A stretch of 64,000 bases of DNA, from the NCBI GenBank assembly GCA_034780895.1, contig JAUZTB010000087.1, forward strand, positions 101,164,910 to 101,228,909. Reading direction: 5' to 3'. The position numbers and the translations under genes were made by a program. Origin of the DNA: Rhynchobatus australiae (Eukaryota). Every line of letters begins with the position of its first letter. The first letter of the stretch is position 1. The notes under the pieces were generated by a model. That model had not been told where the DNA came from and searched no databases. It saw only the letters and a list, made by a program, of their open reading frames with translations. This document shows positions 24,001-39,529 of the stretch, piece by piece.

Positions 24001-27000
24001 TGTCCCCATAAAATCAATAAGGTGTTTGTAAAAACCATTCACAATCGTGATTTCTCCGACCATTTACCATTGCATAAATCGCACCCGGCATTCTTTTAGA
24101 CGTGGTTCATTTAATGCAGGGTACTTGTGAAGTCGTGGTTTCTGGGCGGGAAGGGTTGTGATCTTTAAATCGGTCTCTAACCGGATCAGAACCACGACAG
24201 ATTCAACCTCGTAGATCTCCAGGTATTATACAGAAAGCAATTTTAAAACACAACGTGCACCTTTCTCCCACTGATTCAAAACAAAAGATTTCAACGCAAA
24301 AACGTGTTTATAACTGTCCAAATGAGAGTGTATAATGTCATTGACTAACAACTGGATTATCGCTTTGCAAATATTGGACATCCCACACAGATAGAAGCTG
24401 TGATTGCAGGGGCTTTGCGAAGATTTAACAATAATGATCCCGTATTACACAGTTAACATAGTTATTAAGTGTTTAAAAGTTTTGTAACCCGTTGTAAAAG
24501 GTAATAATCTTTTCAATCTCGCCGGGTAACGGTCAGGTGAGTTGCAAATTAAACGGAGCTTGAGAACAGGAATGGAATGTTAAGATGGTTAACTCCAGTT
24601 AGTTACTCTTTCTTCTAATGGAAGGTAGGTGAGATTTCTAATGACGAGAAAGCAGAAGGCAACTTTACATTTGAAATAGAGTTCCGGATTTGAGTGCAGG
24701 GTGAAGAAGAATTGTCGGCATCAGTAATAGTTGTGGTAACTATGGCTGTTACCGATTGGAGCCCTTTGCAAATTATCGGCCAAATGTACTAACAGAACAA
24801 CTCCTATTGTAAATTCCACTATAAAACCTTCAGAAGGTTCTGCAATAAGCACTGTCTTGTTCAACAAACGAGAGCCACTGGGAATTCCATTTTAACTGTA
24901 TATTTAATAGTCACCGTCTATCCTTTTTAGATTGAAGCATATTTAAATCATTTCTCATTCTGTCAAACTGCCCCGTCCGTTCAAGAGGAGGTAATTTACA
25001 TTTCTTGTACGTTCGACTGATCATTGATTCCAGGAAAATTATGAGTGGTCAGTATTGTAAAATGAGAATAGTTTTAAAATAAGCAAACTCAATGATCTAT
25101 TTTGAAAGATGGAGCTGAGGTATGTTGCATATGAGAAAATCTACCTAAATACATTTTCAGATTTTCAAAGGGTGTTTGTGGTTTGAACTTTTAACGATGT
25201 TGGCTTTGCACGTTTCGATTTTACCCGCATTGTTATTTGACTGCTCCGTAAAAATGAGAAACCATTGTAGACAATGGGATGATTGAAGGACGCTGACAAT
25301 CGATAAAGCGAAGTTGGATCGTCGGGTAGTTCCTCCACTCTCCCTACCTGAAGACGAGAGAGGGACCCGGGCGATTTAATCAAATATTTACATTTACCAT
25401 GTGACCTGGAAACATTTAATAATCCCGAGGAAAATCAGTCTCCTCATTAAGATAACAAGGCCTTAGTGACCATATTTACATTAGAGACACGTAGAGGCGG
25501 TAAAGTTCTACACCAGGCACGATAAATAAGTTTATTTTGTGTTTTTTACATTGTTTTAGTCAAACCAATCATTACACACCCTAAATGATTTCCTGTAATG
25601 CACTTGATGTATTATAATATTGTCTTTAAGCAACATTAATCCGTATCCGTGCAGAGGAGAACAGAATCACTAAAAAAACATTATTTATTGACAACAACAC
25701 ATTTCTAGATTATCGTTCTATAAGCAGTTCCACTGAGATCCTTAGTTTCTATAATATATGTGAGTACATCCATGAGTCCAGTTACGAAGATAACACAGGT
25801 AAACTTTACCGTTCCTTAGATCCCACACGCACCATTTAACCCACACATCTTGTGAGAGCAGGTAACACGAATTGAATGGACAGTCTCTGCCACCGGACAT
25901 GTTTACGTGCAACTGATTCAGGTACATTGCTAAAGTCATGTGGTGTATTTTGTTATCAATAAACCTTTAAAGATTCGGGGAAACGCTGGAAGGGAAACGA
26001 TGAATTAGGCAACCAATCAGTGATATCGACAGCCTTTGGCTTTTTAGGTGTATTTTAAAAAATGGATCTATTTCTCAAACTACCACTCAAAATTATCCTC
26101 TTTATTAAACGTAACCTCCCCGTTTCTAATGTTACCCCCATCCAAGTTTACGTTCTTCGCTGTTTTCGTTATTTTTGGCTACGGTTTCAATTAACTTCCA
26201 CCCCTGGCTCACGCGATGCTGCTACTGCCTTTGATATCGGCTGTAACTCCGGGCTATTGTTTCTGGTAACCTTACTAGTTGTGATTATTTTGCCCAAGAT
26301 TGCTAGTTTATAATAAACCAAACAATATTGTGCCCTGTTATCCTGAACTGAACAAACAAAAATCAGTGAAGGGCATTTATGTTGATGACACCCAGCCAGC
26401 AGTAACACCAACACTTGCTTTAAGGCCGGGAGGGAAACGTATTTGGAAGTTGAGTATTGATATTTGGCTTCTGTGGGTCCCTTTAAATCCGCTGAAACGA
26501 TAGATGACTGGGTAGTCATTTAAATCGCAACTCTATGTATAACTATGAGTTAAAAAAAATCTTAATGTTAATATGTGTATGTGAAGTAATTGTTTGACTG
26601 TTATGTTTGCTTGGACGAAACATTGAAGCAATTGCATTACACAGACAATGTAACATGCAAGTCGCCCATTAGAAAAAATATCGCGTTTAAATTAAAACGT
26701 CTTTGGAGGCACTCTAAATAGGAAAATAAAAATGACAATCAAGTCACAAACGCCGCTCCCTACAGAAGCTTTAGATGAAAAGAATGCTTAAATCCACACA
26801 GAGGATGATTTTAGTTAATGCTGGATGAAAAGGGGGGAAGGAATAAGCCGGAGACTCAATTTAAAATCATTGCATTTTAAAAGGTTGGCTGTGCATTGCA
26901 AAAAAATCTATTACAATTTTGTCAGTAGACATTTATCCTGCCGCCTTGTGCATTTTGCCAAATAATAATTCAATCTTATGAACATAATTTAATTCATGTG

Positions 27001-28559
27001 AATCTCCGAAGTTAAATAAAATCAATAATTCTAATTGTCTTGTTATTTTTGGACATCCAGCAATGCAGTCCTCAAAGAGTTATATTCTGTGAAATCGACT
27101 GGAATTTTTTTTTCTTTTGCTGCCGCTGCATTTTTCTTAATACTCATATCTTTATTGGGACTCTTCCTGTTTAGTTACAGAAACTAAAATGTACTGCCAA
27201 GACATGTAGACATCGCGCAGGGGGTGGTTCGCTCACATGATATGTCTGACACGTGGAATAAAAAATATACAGCTAGTGTAGTGTTTAATCTGTCAGAAGA
27301 TAAACTCGCCTACGATGTGGATGGGGTTAACACACACATTCTGTTTTTCTTTCAAAAAGAGGTATTGCTTGCCCTGCAAAAAAATAATTTAACAGCCAAA
27401 AACAGAACTCCAGCTTTTTCTCGGCTGCCAGACTTGTGCAGAGCAACAGCACCGCTTGAAGGTCCATTGCTGCCCCCTGGAGTTCAGCACTGGGCATTGC
27501 TGCTCCCGAGCCGCAGTTTTGCAGTATCGAAGAAAACTAAAGATGTGTGGGTTGTGCTTTTTTTTTCTCTCATCTGGTTTATTTATTAAATTTTCCACCA
27601 TGACAGGAAACGAGCGAGGTTTCGGCCCATTGCCTCGCGAATCGGTCGCCGTTCGTCTCACGTTGTTTTAACCTCCCGTTCTTGCCGCAGTATCGCAGAC
27701 AGTAGCTGGATTCCTGCGGTTTCCAAAGGGTCACAAACCACGGACTGTGTGGAATTGAAATCATACCTGTGTGATTATCTGCCGGCGGCCAGACCATTAA
27801 TGTCATAATCAAAAATACACAGGCACCAGGAAGTGGCTGTATCCTCAGTAGGAGATCGGAGTGGAAAGCATAGAGCTTCGCGTAGAGTTTCTTAATCCTC
27901 GTGCTTGAATACATTTAAAACTTTATAATTAAATTTTTAAAAATCGACCAGACCTTTAAGCTACTTTTATTTTGATCTACCGCAGGGCGTGGGTACTGAT
28001 GTGTTTTTGCGCGATATGGGATATGGTTTCTTTCAGTCGACATAGATTTTATAAATGATAGTTTCTGCAGCTTTAAGATACAAAAACATATATTTATCTG
28101 GGACATAAACTTATGTAAACTTATGCTCAGACTCAGGAGTCCAGCAGCACGCCCGCTCTCTACTCACCCACTACACTACATGTGTGTTTGTGTGCTAACG
28201 TTGTGGAGATAACATTGAAAACCTGAAATCCTAAAATAACATAATATTTAGAAATAAAAAGAGCTAAAAATCACTGATATAAACTCCAAATCGAATTTAT
28301 GTGTAAATATTTAGTTGTCAGTATATAAACAGCGCAGTCAAGAAGAAAAAGGTCATCAATAAGGACTGAATAAACTAAATGTTTTCTGGGGTATTTTTTT
28401 TTGGTTATCTGCTCGCTTAAAACATTGCACTTTTTGGAAGAAAATGCGTGAAATAAAGAAGGTCTCTCGCAGGTTTCTGCTTTCTTTCTTTGCCCGGTGG
28501 ACTTGGAACAAAGGATAGTAAATACGTTTTGGATTTTGAAAATAACTTTTAATCCTGTG

Positions 28560-28940
28560 CAAATAAATGAGGTGTAAGAAATTGAAGGCGCCCGAGATTG
28601 GTTTGCATCGCGAGGTGATGCGAGGGTGGGGTGCAGGAATCCCATTGATGGAAGCGGCGCCCGCTCGTGCACGCGCGCACGTCCCCGGCGCGAGCCGCCT
28701 CCTGCAACCGCGCGCTCCCGGGCGCTTCCGAAAGCACAAAGGCTCCTTCTCCGATTGGCTGGAAGCCGTCCAAAAGACCCGCCCCCTCCCTCCTTCCTGC
28801 CCGGGCCCGGATTCTAGAACGCGCTGCGGATTGGTCGGTACACGGGATATGCAAATCCGCCCGGGGTCCTGCCGACTGAAGGAAATCGCCAGGGGTTTTG
28901 TGCAGAAATTCCGAGACATTCACCTTAAATCATAAAGGAG
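28560..28940 (+). promoter_or_regulatory. RUNX1: RUNX1 proximal (P2) promoter, CpG-island core
   Basis: Dense CpG/GC block with three reverse CCAAT boxes (ATTGG at 28597, 28754, 28830), a GC box CCCGCCCC (28778-28785), a perfect octamer ATGCAAAT (28849-28856) and a TATA-like CATAAA (28931), about 1.05 kb upstream of the ATG. The TSS is not determined. Confidence 0.75.
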
Positions 28941-30295
<1,355 letters not shown>

Positions 30296-30940
30296 TAACT
30301 GAACCTTCAATGGGTCTTGTAGTCCGGTTTCAAGAGCAAAAACTGCTGTGTGTTTTACTGTAACTATCTGGTGCCGATTAATAAAAGGGGAAACCATTTA
30401 AAACCAATATGCAAGAGGTGACAGGTCAAGATGACCCATTTTTAGGGCTGACCCCCTCCCGATGAATGTACCCCCAGACGAGCATTATACTGCGCTTCGA
30501 TAACTTCAGTTTCCTTACAAACTGGATTATAATTTCGCCCGTCTCTCATCCCCCGCACACCCTCCCCTTTCCCACCCACACACGCGGGCCTTTTCCCACA
30601 GTTTTGACCGGGATCATGCAGGGAACGGCATACCCTTTAAAAAAGGGTGTTTTTTTTAAAAAAAAATAAGAACATCAGAAATATAAGTAAGAGTAGGCCA
30701 CTCGGCCCCTCGTGTCTGGTCCGCCATTCACGGCTGCTGTTTTAACTCAGAAGGGGACTTTCCTACACTAAGTCATAACCCTTGGTTCACTTGTTAGGCG
30801 CAGCGATGCTCCGAAGGAGTCTTCTAGACAAGGGGGGGAAGAGAGATATTTGGAGGGTTCGGTTTGGCGATGAGGCGGGTTGAGGATTTACAGTGGGTAC
30901 TGCCTGGTTCCCTTTCTCGCTCTGACCCCTCTGTGCCTGA

Positions 30941-31204
<264 letters not shown>

Positions 31205-32142
31205 TAATCCTCCCTTCAACGTAAATGCTCGCCCAGAAAGTATCAAGTAGCAAAGTCATCTGGGCCTGATAAACAGACTCGAAAATATTCTGCTAAATGT
31301 AGATTATATCAGGTTTTGTTGATTCTACATTGTCAGATGGAACTGCCTGTACAATATCTGAGGCTGTTGACAGTCTGCTGAGGGTCTTGGTATTATTTTG
31401 GTCGGAGATTGTTATTATTTGGGGAGGCGGTTTTGGGGTGGGTGGGGAGTGGGGAACGCAGTGATCGTTACAGAAGCCAAACGGACATTTAATCTGCACG
31501 GTCACAATTTCAGGAAATCCGTTTCTATTCTCTGGCTCCGTCACCCTCTCCCGCATGCCCGCATGGGGCTTACCAGTGGCCCGAACTGTCCTGAAACGTC
31601 TCGGGGTTTGCCCAAATATTTACACCAACTCTCCAGGTCACATTATCCTGGCTAAATCAAACCTCAATGTTAGCAGCTGAATTTACAACCCATTGTAAAA
31701 TCAATTTAAGCCGCATAAAATGCCATATATACTGGTCTATATTTTGCTGCTATGTTTAGATAAGAACATAACTTTTTTTTAAAGAAAGAAATGCACTTGT
31801 TAAAAATGAGGTAGTTTTAATGGACAAAAACTGAGATTAAGCCATCTTTTAAAAACATATTGGTGAAGGATACTCAGTGACTTCAATGAAACATTTGCTG
31901 TTCTTATGCTACAAATTGCAATGCAATCTAATATCACAGAAAATTTGCAATGATTAAATTCTATTAACGGGAAAAAAGTTAACATATAAAGAAACTAAGA
32001 AAGGGAAATGTGATGATGGCATGCTGTGAGAATCGTTCTGTAAAATATTTAGATCTGCGTTTGAGTTAACAGTAAAAGTCTTGATTTCGGTCTGATTTTA
32101 AATCTTTCTTAACACGGGTAACATATTCCCATCATTTCTTAA

Positions 32143-32376
<234 letters not shown>

Positions 32377-35300
32377 TGATGCTGTAAGATGGGGAAGTGA
32401 CAGAGCTGTTTACTGTGTTGTGAGTCCCCATGAATCGTTCAAATGTTAAATTGTGCAAGTGCACCAGAAACTATCCACTGCTTGGGCACAGCTGATAGTT
32501 CCAACAGACAGGTGACTTCTGTTTATTTTAAAGACAAACCAAATGTTTTATAAAGCAATAAAGGGTCTTGATTCGCACCGACAGTTTTGCAGTGCGTAGA
32601 GGAGGTGCATATTGTTGCGGAAGCGAAAAATATCCGTTCGTTGAACAAATAGCGTTCAAGTGAATATGTTTATCAAACCGTAATCCAACGTATACAGAGT
32701 ATTTTAAATAATTTCCTCATCAGATGAATGCAATTCTTTACCCGCCGAAAGATTCTCAACTCGCTATTAGTATGATTTTCATGATTCTGTGACACTGTCT
32801 GGTGGCCAGTTTAATGTGCCATTGTCAAAAAGAAAGTTTTATTCATTAATCCCTCTGCAGAAACGTTAATATTATTTAATATGTAAAACATATTCGTACG
32901 AGGCTTTTAAAATTAAGTGAAACCCATACATTTATTAAATCCTCTTCACGCGTCATTGGCCGTTTAAAAGAACATTGCATTCACTCTATGTATAATGACC
33001 ACATAAATTAAATGTTCTTTCTATTTAAGCATTCAAAAATTGTTGTGGAATTATATTCCTTAAAATAATGAAAGACATCTCACTGAGATCCCTAATACGG
33101 CTGTCTATCGGAAGATTTTATGGCACTTTATAAATTGCAGGCATGGGGAATTTTCTGACTATTTTGTGTTCATTTGTAAAAGCAGGTCCAGTAATAAATT
33201 ATTAAGGAACGCGGACCTGTTAACAACAAGCAGCCTAATGTAGAGGTCACTTTAAGCACCTTTAGCTCATTTGACCCAGATCGGAAGTAATAGCAATTGT
33301 TGAAAAATGCATTATAAGTTAGTCACACATAATTAATATTATGTCAAATTTTAAACATTGTCAGGCAATAGCAACGGTATCTTAGTACATATTAATTAAT
33401 AACAATTACAACTATTAATATTTTATAAAAATACCAACTATTATCACCTGCTAAGGTAAATAAATGTCTAACGAATAACATAAATAGAATATTTTTGAAT
33501 TATTTGTACACATCAATCTCCCAAAACACTGATGCTTGTTATTAAAGAGACAGCTGCTAAGATTCAATAGTGCTCAAGCAAATCAGTGTATCAACGAAAA
33601 ATGCAAAGTTTTTTTATCTGAGAGAGATTATTTGATTCTTCCACAGGCAATATGGAGTAGGTATTTACTCAAGGTGAATAAACAAAAGTAACACTGATAT
33701 GATAGTATATATTTGAAAAAAAGTTAGTTGTAGAATGCTAGAATAAACTAAACACAATCCTCCTTTAATATTTCAATACTTATTGAACTTTTTTGTAGGT
33801 GCTTACTGTTTTTGAAATACATGATATAAAACTATAGCTTTTAACGTAATATTATTTCTAATCATTTTACAAAGATGTGACACTCAAAATTGTCACAAAT
33901 GACAATCTTAGGAGATTAGCAGTAGTAAACAGTAAGGATAGCACAGTTACAAGGAAATATAGAGCAATGGCTCAAACAGTACAGTCATTTTTGAGATGCT
34001 TTGACACTGATTCAAACTAAAATACAAAGCGTATTATTTATTATTAATTTCACTGTGTTTCTTTGCATTTTCTGCTTTTAAAATGCTTATCTGATACATT
34101 GGTAAATTCATATTTAGTAGTTTCAACCATCACAAATACCAATTCTTAAAATATCTTATTTTGCTCTGACTTTAATGTCAATCTTTGGGTACACTAGATA
34201 TACCAAGCAAAACAAATCAACAAAAGCTTGGAATGGGTTGCTTTGCTTTGGTTCAAAAAGAAGACATTATTAATTCCCACCGATCCTTCCCTTCAAACTT
34301 AATACTTTTTAAAAAAATTCTATCTCTCTTTGCCAGTGCATTATATTCACTCAGAAGTATTTCATCTTGGCCATCTAGAAGTTTTGAGATTATTTATGTG
34401 GTTTGGACATCCAGTGGGTAGTGATGATGATTTTATGATTAAAAGAATATGAAAAGATTTAGTTTTCTCAGCAAGTATCAATTTTTCTTACAATGCAAAT
34501 AATTAATTATCATACTGTTTAAATATAAATATTTACATTTCAATTTACTCTTTTTGGTAGTAATTTTTAGTAAATGACAATTTATTATCTGTACTTGCAG
34601 TGTAAATTCGGTAGTGTAAAATATAAATCAGGCTTAACTCTAAAAATAATCTCTTCAAGAATAAAAAGTACTTCAACATCATCTGAATATAATATTTCTA
34701 TATCTACATGGGATTACAATAAAATATGAAACACAGTTCAGATTTTTTGGAGGGTGGATATGGCATTAGTCTTTTTATTTATGAATAGCAGATTATCCAT
34801 TCACCCATTCATCCAAACCACAGAATTACCTTTGATCCCGTGTTTGGTAAACATCAGAGAAACCAACAGATTTCAGATAAAGATTCATCTCACTTCATCG
34901 CCAAACCACAGAGTTGAGTCAAAGTGCTCTCTATAAACCGGAGCTGTGATAGATTCATTAACAATATGCCATCAGTTTGCATACCTGATCAGCTATCCAG
35001 AACTTAATAAATGATTGCAGAGGAAATTATGATTTGATATCCAATATTATAAGTTAATATTGTTATTATATTAAGAAATCTTCCATTTGAAAGTTATATT
35101 CATTGCAGGATATTTTCAAGAGAGAATTATACATGTAGGACTGCATTTTGTTAACTATTTCACTTCCTAAACAATTGTTTTATGCACAAAATGCTTTAAA
35201 AACAGTGAAAACAAGAGTGATAAAAGAGTAGTTAGGGCAAGTGGCTTCATGTCACTCCGATTTGCACAGAAGCCAGCATTTTGCAGCCTTTGGGTCTTTT

Positions 35301-36340
35301 TATGTAAAATTGGTTTGCTTGGGGAGTAGCTTATGGTATACAGGTAAGTGAAGAACTTTGCAGGAGGTCATGTCACACCAAATCCCTTACGATAATAGCA
35401 GGACATGCTGAAATTTTTACTACACCTTGCCAGATATTTAGATATTTTAACAGAAATTATTGTTGAAACTCTACATGTAGATATTAATCAAAATCAGATT
35501 CAAATATTCCAAAATGTAAGTTTGTTTGAAAGGATAACAATAATTTTTTGCTTATTTTATCTTTTAAAATTGCTCCTGTTGATGGCAGAAGCCAATTTCA
35601 AACACAAATTGGATAGTAACTATGGTCTGTGAATACATAGGTTCATTTTAAATCTGACAAGCTGGAATATGTGAGAAGCACAAGAATTGCAAGCAAGTTT
35701 ACAGGCAATGCATTTTATTTTCGTCTTGATGTTTAAGCCACAGCTTTTCCCAAATTCAGTATTAAGTGCAATGTTTAAAGTTACTGGTGTTGGTAATAGT
35801 TAGCTCTTGATCCCTGGGATTTTTATCCTATTCTGAACAATGTGAGATCCAAAGAGTGTACTGATGATGTACTTCTGCTGCACAAGCTTGTATAAATCTG
35901 AAATGATTCAAGGACAATATCAGTATTTGGCACCCTTACACATGACAAAATCTAGATAACTATTTTATATCTTTTGACATTATTTGATTTATTGGCTCAA
36001 ATGCTGTGAATTATTTAAATGCCATTTGTCAAATTTCTATTTACCATATTCTATATATAATTTCCACAGCTTTATATGTTAGTTTAGTCTTGGGTAGTTC
36101 ATTCAAGTGGTAGCTTTACATATGTAAGTTACCATCATGTGTTTTTGGCAGTGTGTTTGTCTGCAGCTGAGCTTGAACATGTCCGTGTTCTCCCTTACCT
36201 GTGTAGACATCAAAATTTGGAATTTTTCAATCTTTGGCAGCTTCAGTTAGCCTGAAGTCAGTGAGAACTGGGAGTGGGAGGGCATGAAGTTCTGCACTGG
36301 CTGGAGTCAAATTTGAGACAAAGGGAGATACTTATGATTT

Positions 36341-36432
36341 AAAAAGAATATTGGAAATCCTAAGCAGGTCAGGAGGCACCTGCAGACAGGACAACAGAGT
36401 TAATATTTCAGGTTACTGAACTGTTATCAGAT
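36341..36432. mobile_element. Penelope-derived terminal repeat fragment
   Basis: GGAAATCCTAAGCAGGTCAGGAGGCACCTG...AACAGAGTTAATATTTCAGGT; resembles the left arm of 20911-21098. Confidence 0.5.
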
Positions 36433-36439
36433 AGTTGTA

Positions 36440-37350
36440 GTTGTTGGAGCAAGTCATCTGAGTCTTAGGACATTGCTGTCAGAGTTCCTCAGGACAGGAT
36501 CGCAGGTTCAACTCCTCATACTGTTCATTGGGATTATCATTGCTCTCATTATCAAGACTGTGGAGTGGTGACCATTGAACATATGAGGGGATGCTGTCAC
36601 TTCTGGATCAGGTTGGATATTCTGTGATGAATGGTCTGTTTACCTGTTGACTCATTGAAGCCTCTCCATTATCTTCAAATCAGATCTGTAATGCAATTCT
36701 CTTCACTTGCCTATCAGTGTGTAATTACAAAGACACTCCACACTAAAGCAGAAAAAGCTATTGGTTTGATCAGCACTTCAATCATTGCCTTAAGCATCTA
36801 ACATGCCAAGACTACAGCATATTTTGCCACTGCAACAATTTACTAAGCCAGCTTCAGAAACAGCCACCAAGCTCATCACTCTAAAGAAGGCAAGTGCATA
36901 GAAACATCACCACTTCTAATCTTCCTTCTAAGTCACACATACTTCTGACTTGAAAATACTTGCTTGTTATTTCATCACTGCTGGATCAAAATCCTGGATG
37001 TCTTTTTGCTCTACAACATTGTNNNNNNNNNNNNNNNNNNNNNNNNNNNNNNNNNNNNNNNNNNNNNNNNNNNNNNNNNNNNNNNNNNNNNNNNNNNNNN
37101 NNNNNNNNNNNNNNNNNNNNNNNNNNNNNNNNNNNNNNNNCAGCATCTATGGAGAAACGTAGATGGTCAACACTTCAGGTCAGGACCCTTCTTCAGGACT
37201 CGAGAAATGTTGACCACCTGCTTTTCTCCACAGATGCTGCCTGGCCTGCTGAGTTTCTCCAGCATCACAGTGTTTTTCATTTCAAAAAAACTTCTCACCA
37301 TTATCAGTTTGAGGGCAGTAAGAGATGGTCAAAAAATACCCATATCCCAA
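36440..37350 (+). mobile_element. Old CR1/L2-clade LINE (family of 16835-18160) with a gap and a Penelope-type insert at 37141-37285
   Basis: GAGTTCCTCAGG (VPQ), AAGTCACACAT...CTGACTTG and GAGGGCAGTAAGAGATGG tail motifs shared with the other copies. Confidence 0.55.
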
Positions 37351-37914
37351 AAAAAAGTTCTGTTGGGGACAGGACATTGTCCATATTAACTTTGCCACTT
37401 GTTGTACCTACTCAATTTCTTCCTTGAAACCTGGAAATTCATATATGGAATTAGTATTGGTTTATATCTTAGATATGTGCATCTTTTGACATTTATTTAC
37501 AAGTCTCATCTTTGGAGCAAACTGACTCTTTCAATTGAATATTCTTCAGTAGAATTGGTGTCACAATGCTGATAAGTAGATACTTGCTGTACTTGGCAGT
37601 TAGTTGTATTTTGGGCAGTTTTCTGATTATTATTATCTTATAGAGCAGTTTCATGCATTGGTGGCACACAGTTATTTATGATAACTGGATAATGAGCTTC
37701 ATAGGTTATTTGACAGTTCTGACCATAAAATAAGCTACTAGTAGAAAAATGATAGCATCACAGATTTTTAGGAACTCTGTTTCACAAAATGGTTGGGTAA
37801 TATCTTGGAAAATTACTTTTTTCAGCATTATGAAGTCATTCCCTGGAAATAAAGTATTTTCCCATGATCATACCATTGCACCAAAAGTACCAAGCAGACA
37901 ACAATCCACTCAGA

Positions 37915-38200
37915 TAGGACAGTACCATGGTGCAGCTGGTGGAGCTGCTGCTTCACAGCTCCAGTGATCCTAGTTCAATCCCAACCTCCGGTGTTGTCTG
38001 TATGCGTGTGTTCTCCCGGTGACTGCGTGGGTTTCCCCGGCTGCTCTGGTTCCCTTCCACATCCCAAAAAACATGCAGGTTGGTGAAGTAATTGGCCACA
38101 TAAGTTGTCCCTAGTGGATGAGAGGTAGAACTTACAGGGAGTTGATTGGAATGTGGGGAGAGTAAATGGGTCGGGATAGGATTAGAGAAAAAAAGGGTGT
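37915..38200 (+). mobile_element. Diverged V-SINE
   Basis: B-box-like GTTCAATCC and V-domain TGTTCTCCCGGTGACTGCGTGGGTTTCCCC. Confidence 0.75.
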
Positions 38201-38214
38201 TTGATTAAATAAGA

Positions 38215-38546
38215 GGGTGCTACTAGTAGAGCCACTGCCTCACAGTACCAGAGACATGGGTCCAATCCTGGCCTCCAGTAGTATCTGTGTTAAGTTTGCA
38301 CATTCTCCTTGTGACCACATGGGTTTTCTCCAAATACTCTGGTTTCTTCCCACTTCCCAGAGACATGTGGGTTGGTAGGTTAATTAGTCACTGTAAGTTG
38401 CCCCTAGTGTTTGGGTGGGTAGTAGAATCTTAGAGGAGTTGATGAGAATGCGGGAAGAATAAAATAGGATTAGTGTGGGATTAGTGTAAATGGGTGGTTG
38501 ATGGTCAGTGGGGACCCGATGGGCCTATTTCTATACTGTGTCTCTC
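38215..38546 (+). mobile_element. Diverged V-SINE, in tandem with the previous copy
   Basis: AGTTTGCACATTCTCCTTGTGACCACATGGGTTTTCTCC, then tail GATGGGCCTATTTCTATACTGT. Confidence 0.75.
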
Positions 38547-39444
38547 TGCCTCCATGGACGTGGAGGTATTTGCATTTGAATCTTCACCAGTTGTCAAACA
38601 GACCAAATTAAGCACAAGCATCCAGGTGGAGAACAGATACCTTCCCCAATACACTTCTCTTGTTCCACTTTGCCTATTTCTTCACCATGTGTATCATCCC
38701 CAGAAAAAAAGACCTCAAGTTTTTGTTACATAATTACATCCGATACGATTGTTTTCTCACCACATGGTTCACTGTGGTGTATCACAGATTAGGAGGCATT
38801 AGTACACTCCAGACTAAGTGAAAATAAACATTGATTATTTCATGGTAATCTTGGACAAGTGTATCATTTTATATTACAATATATAGCTAATAGGTACCCT
38901 TACCAGTGTGAATAGTTTCACCAGCTCTTAAAGCAACCAAAGTTAGCCACATTATGTGCATATTGCACACTAATATTGTCGACTTGATAATCATGAAAGC
39001 AATGAAAATAAAGACACACTATTGAATCTTTTTGCTAAGCTTTCAAAACCCCAAGCAATTTTTTTTCCTTCATCTGATTTCTGCAATTTAAAAAAAATGA
39101 CAAATAACTTGGGAGGAAAATTGAGTTTGGATTTAATACCCATTCTGTGATTGTAACCAAATGAAATTGGCATATTAGTGTCTGGCCCATTGCATTTTGT
39201 CTTGAAACCAGTGCACTATGTGTGTATTACTTGAAGAATCCAGTCAACATCAGTTAAATGTACAAATGTATTTATAGTGTCAGGAGTATTATTCATTTCT
39301 GTACAAACTGTCAGGCACATTACTGCCAAAAAGGCATCAATGAAATAATATTAGGAAGTCTGTATTAGTATGCTCTGCAGGAATGATGCTATTGGTCAAT
39401 CCATGGCCACTTTTAAATGAGATTTGTTTGAATCAGATTATATT

Positions 39445-39455
39445 ACACACACACA

Positions 39456-39525
<70 letters not shown>
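39445..39525. repeat. (AC)n microsatellite
   Basis: About 80 nt with one interruption. Confidence 0.95.

Positions 39526-39529
<4 letters not shown>

Noticed and set aside
27389-27410. TAACAGCCAAAAACAGAACT, which seemed to resemble part of the human P2 5' UTR
   Set aside because: Based only on recollection and not collinear with the promoter position; needs a real alignment.
1-28500. Distal P1 exons, including an equivalent of the human 39-nt ECILGMNPSRDVH exon
   Set aside because: No MAS(D/N)S-type coding exon or convincing phase 1/1 mini-exon found by eye. Isolated donor-like sites (e.g. CAG|GTGAGT near 24536) lack supporting acceptors. A spliced alignment of RNA-seq would settle this.
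28271-28935. Overlapping ORFs of 120-190 aa on both strands
   Set aside because: They fall on the GC-rich promoter, where stop codons are rare; Arg/Pro/Ala-rich with no recognisable domain.
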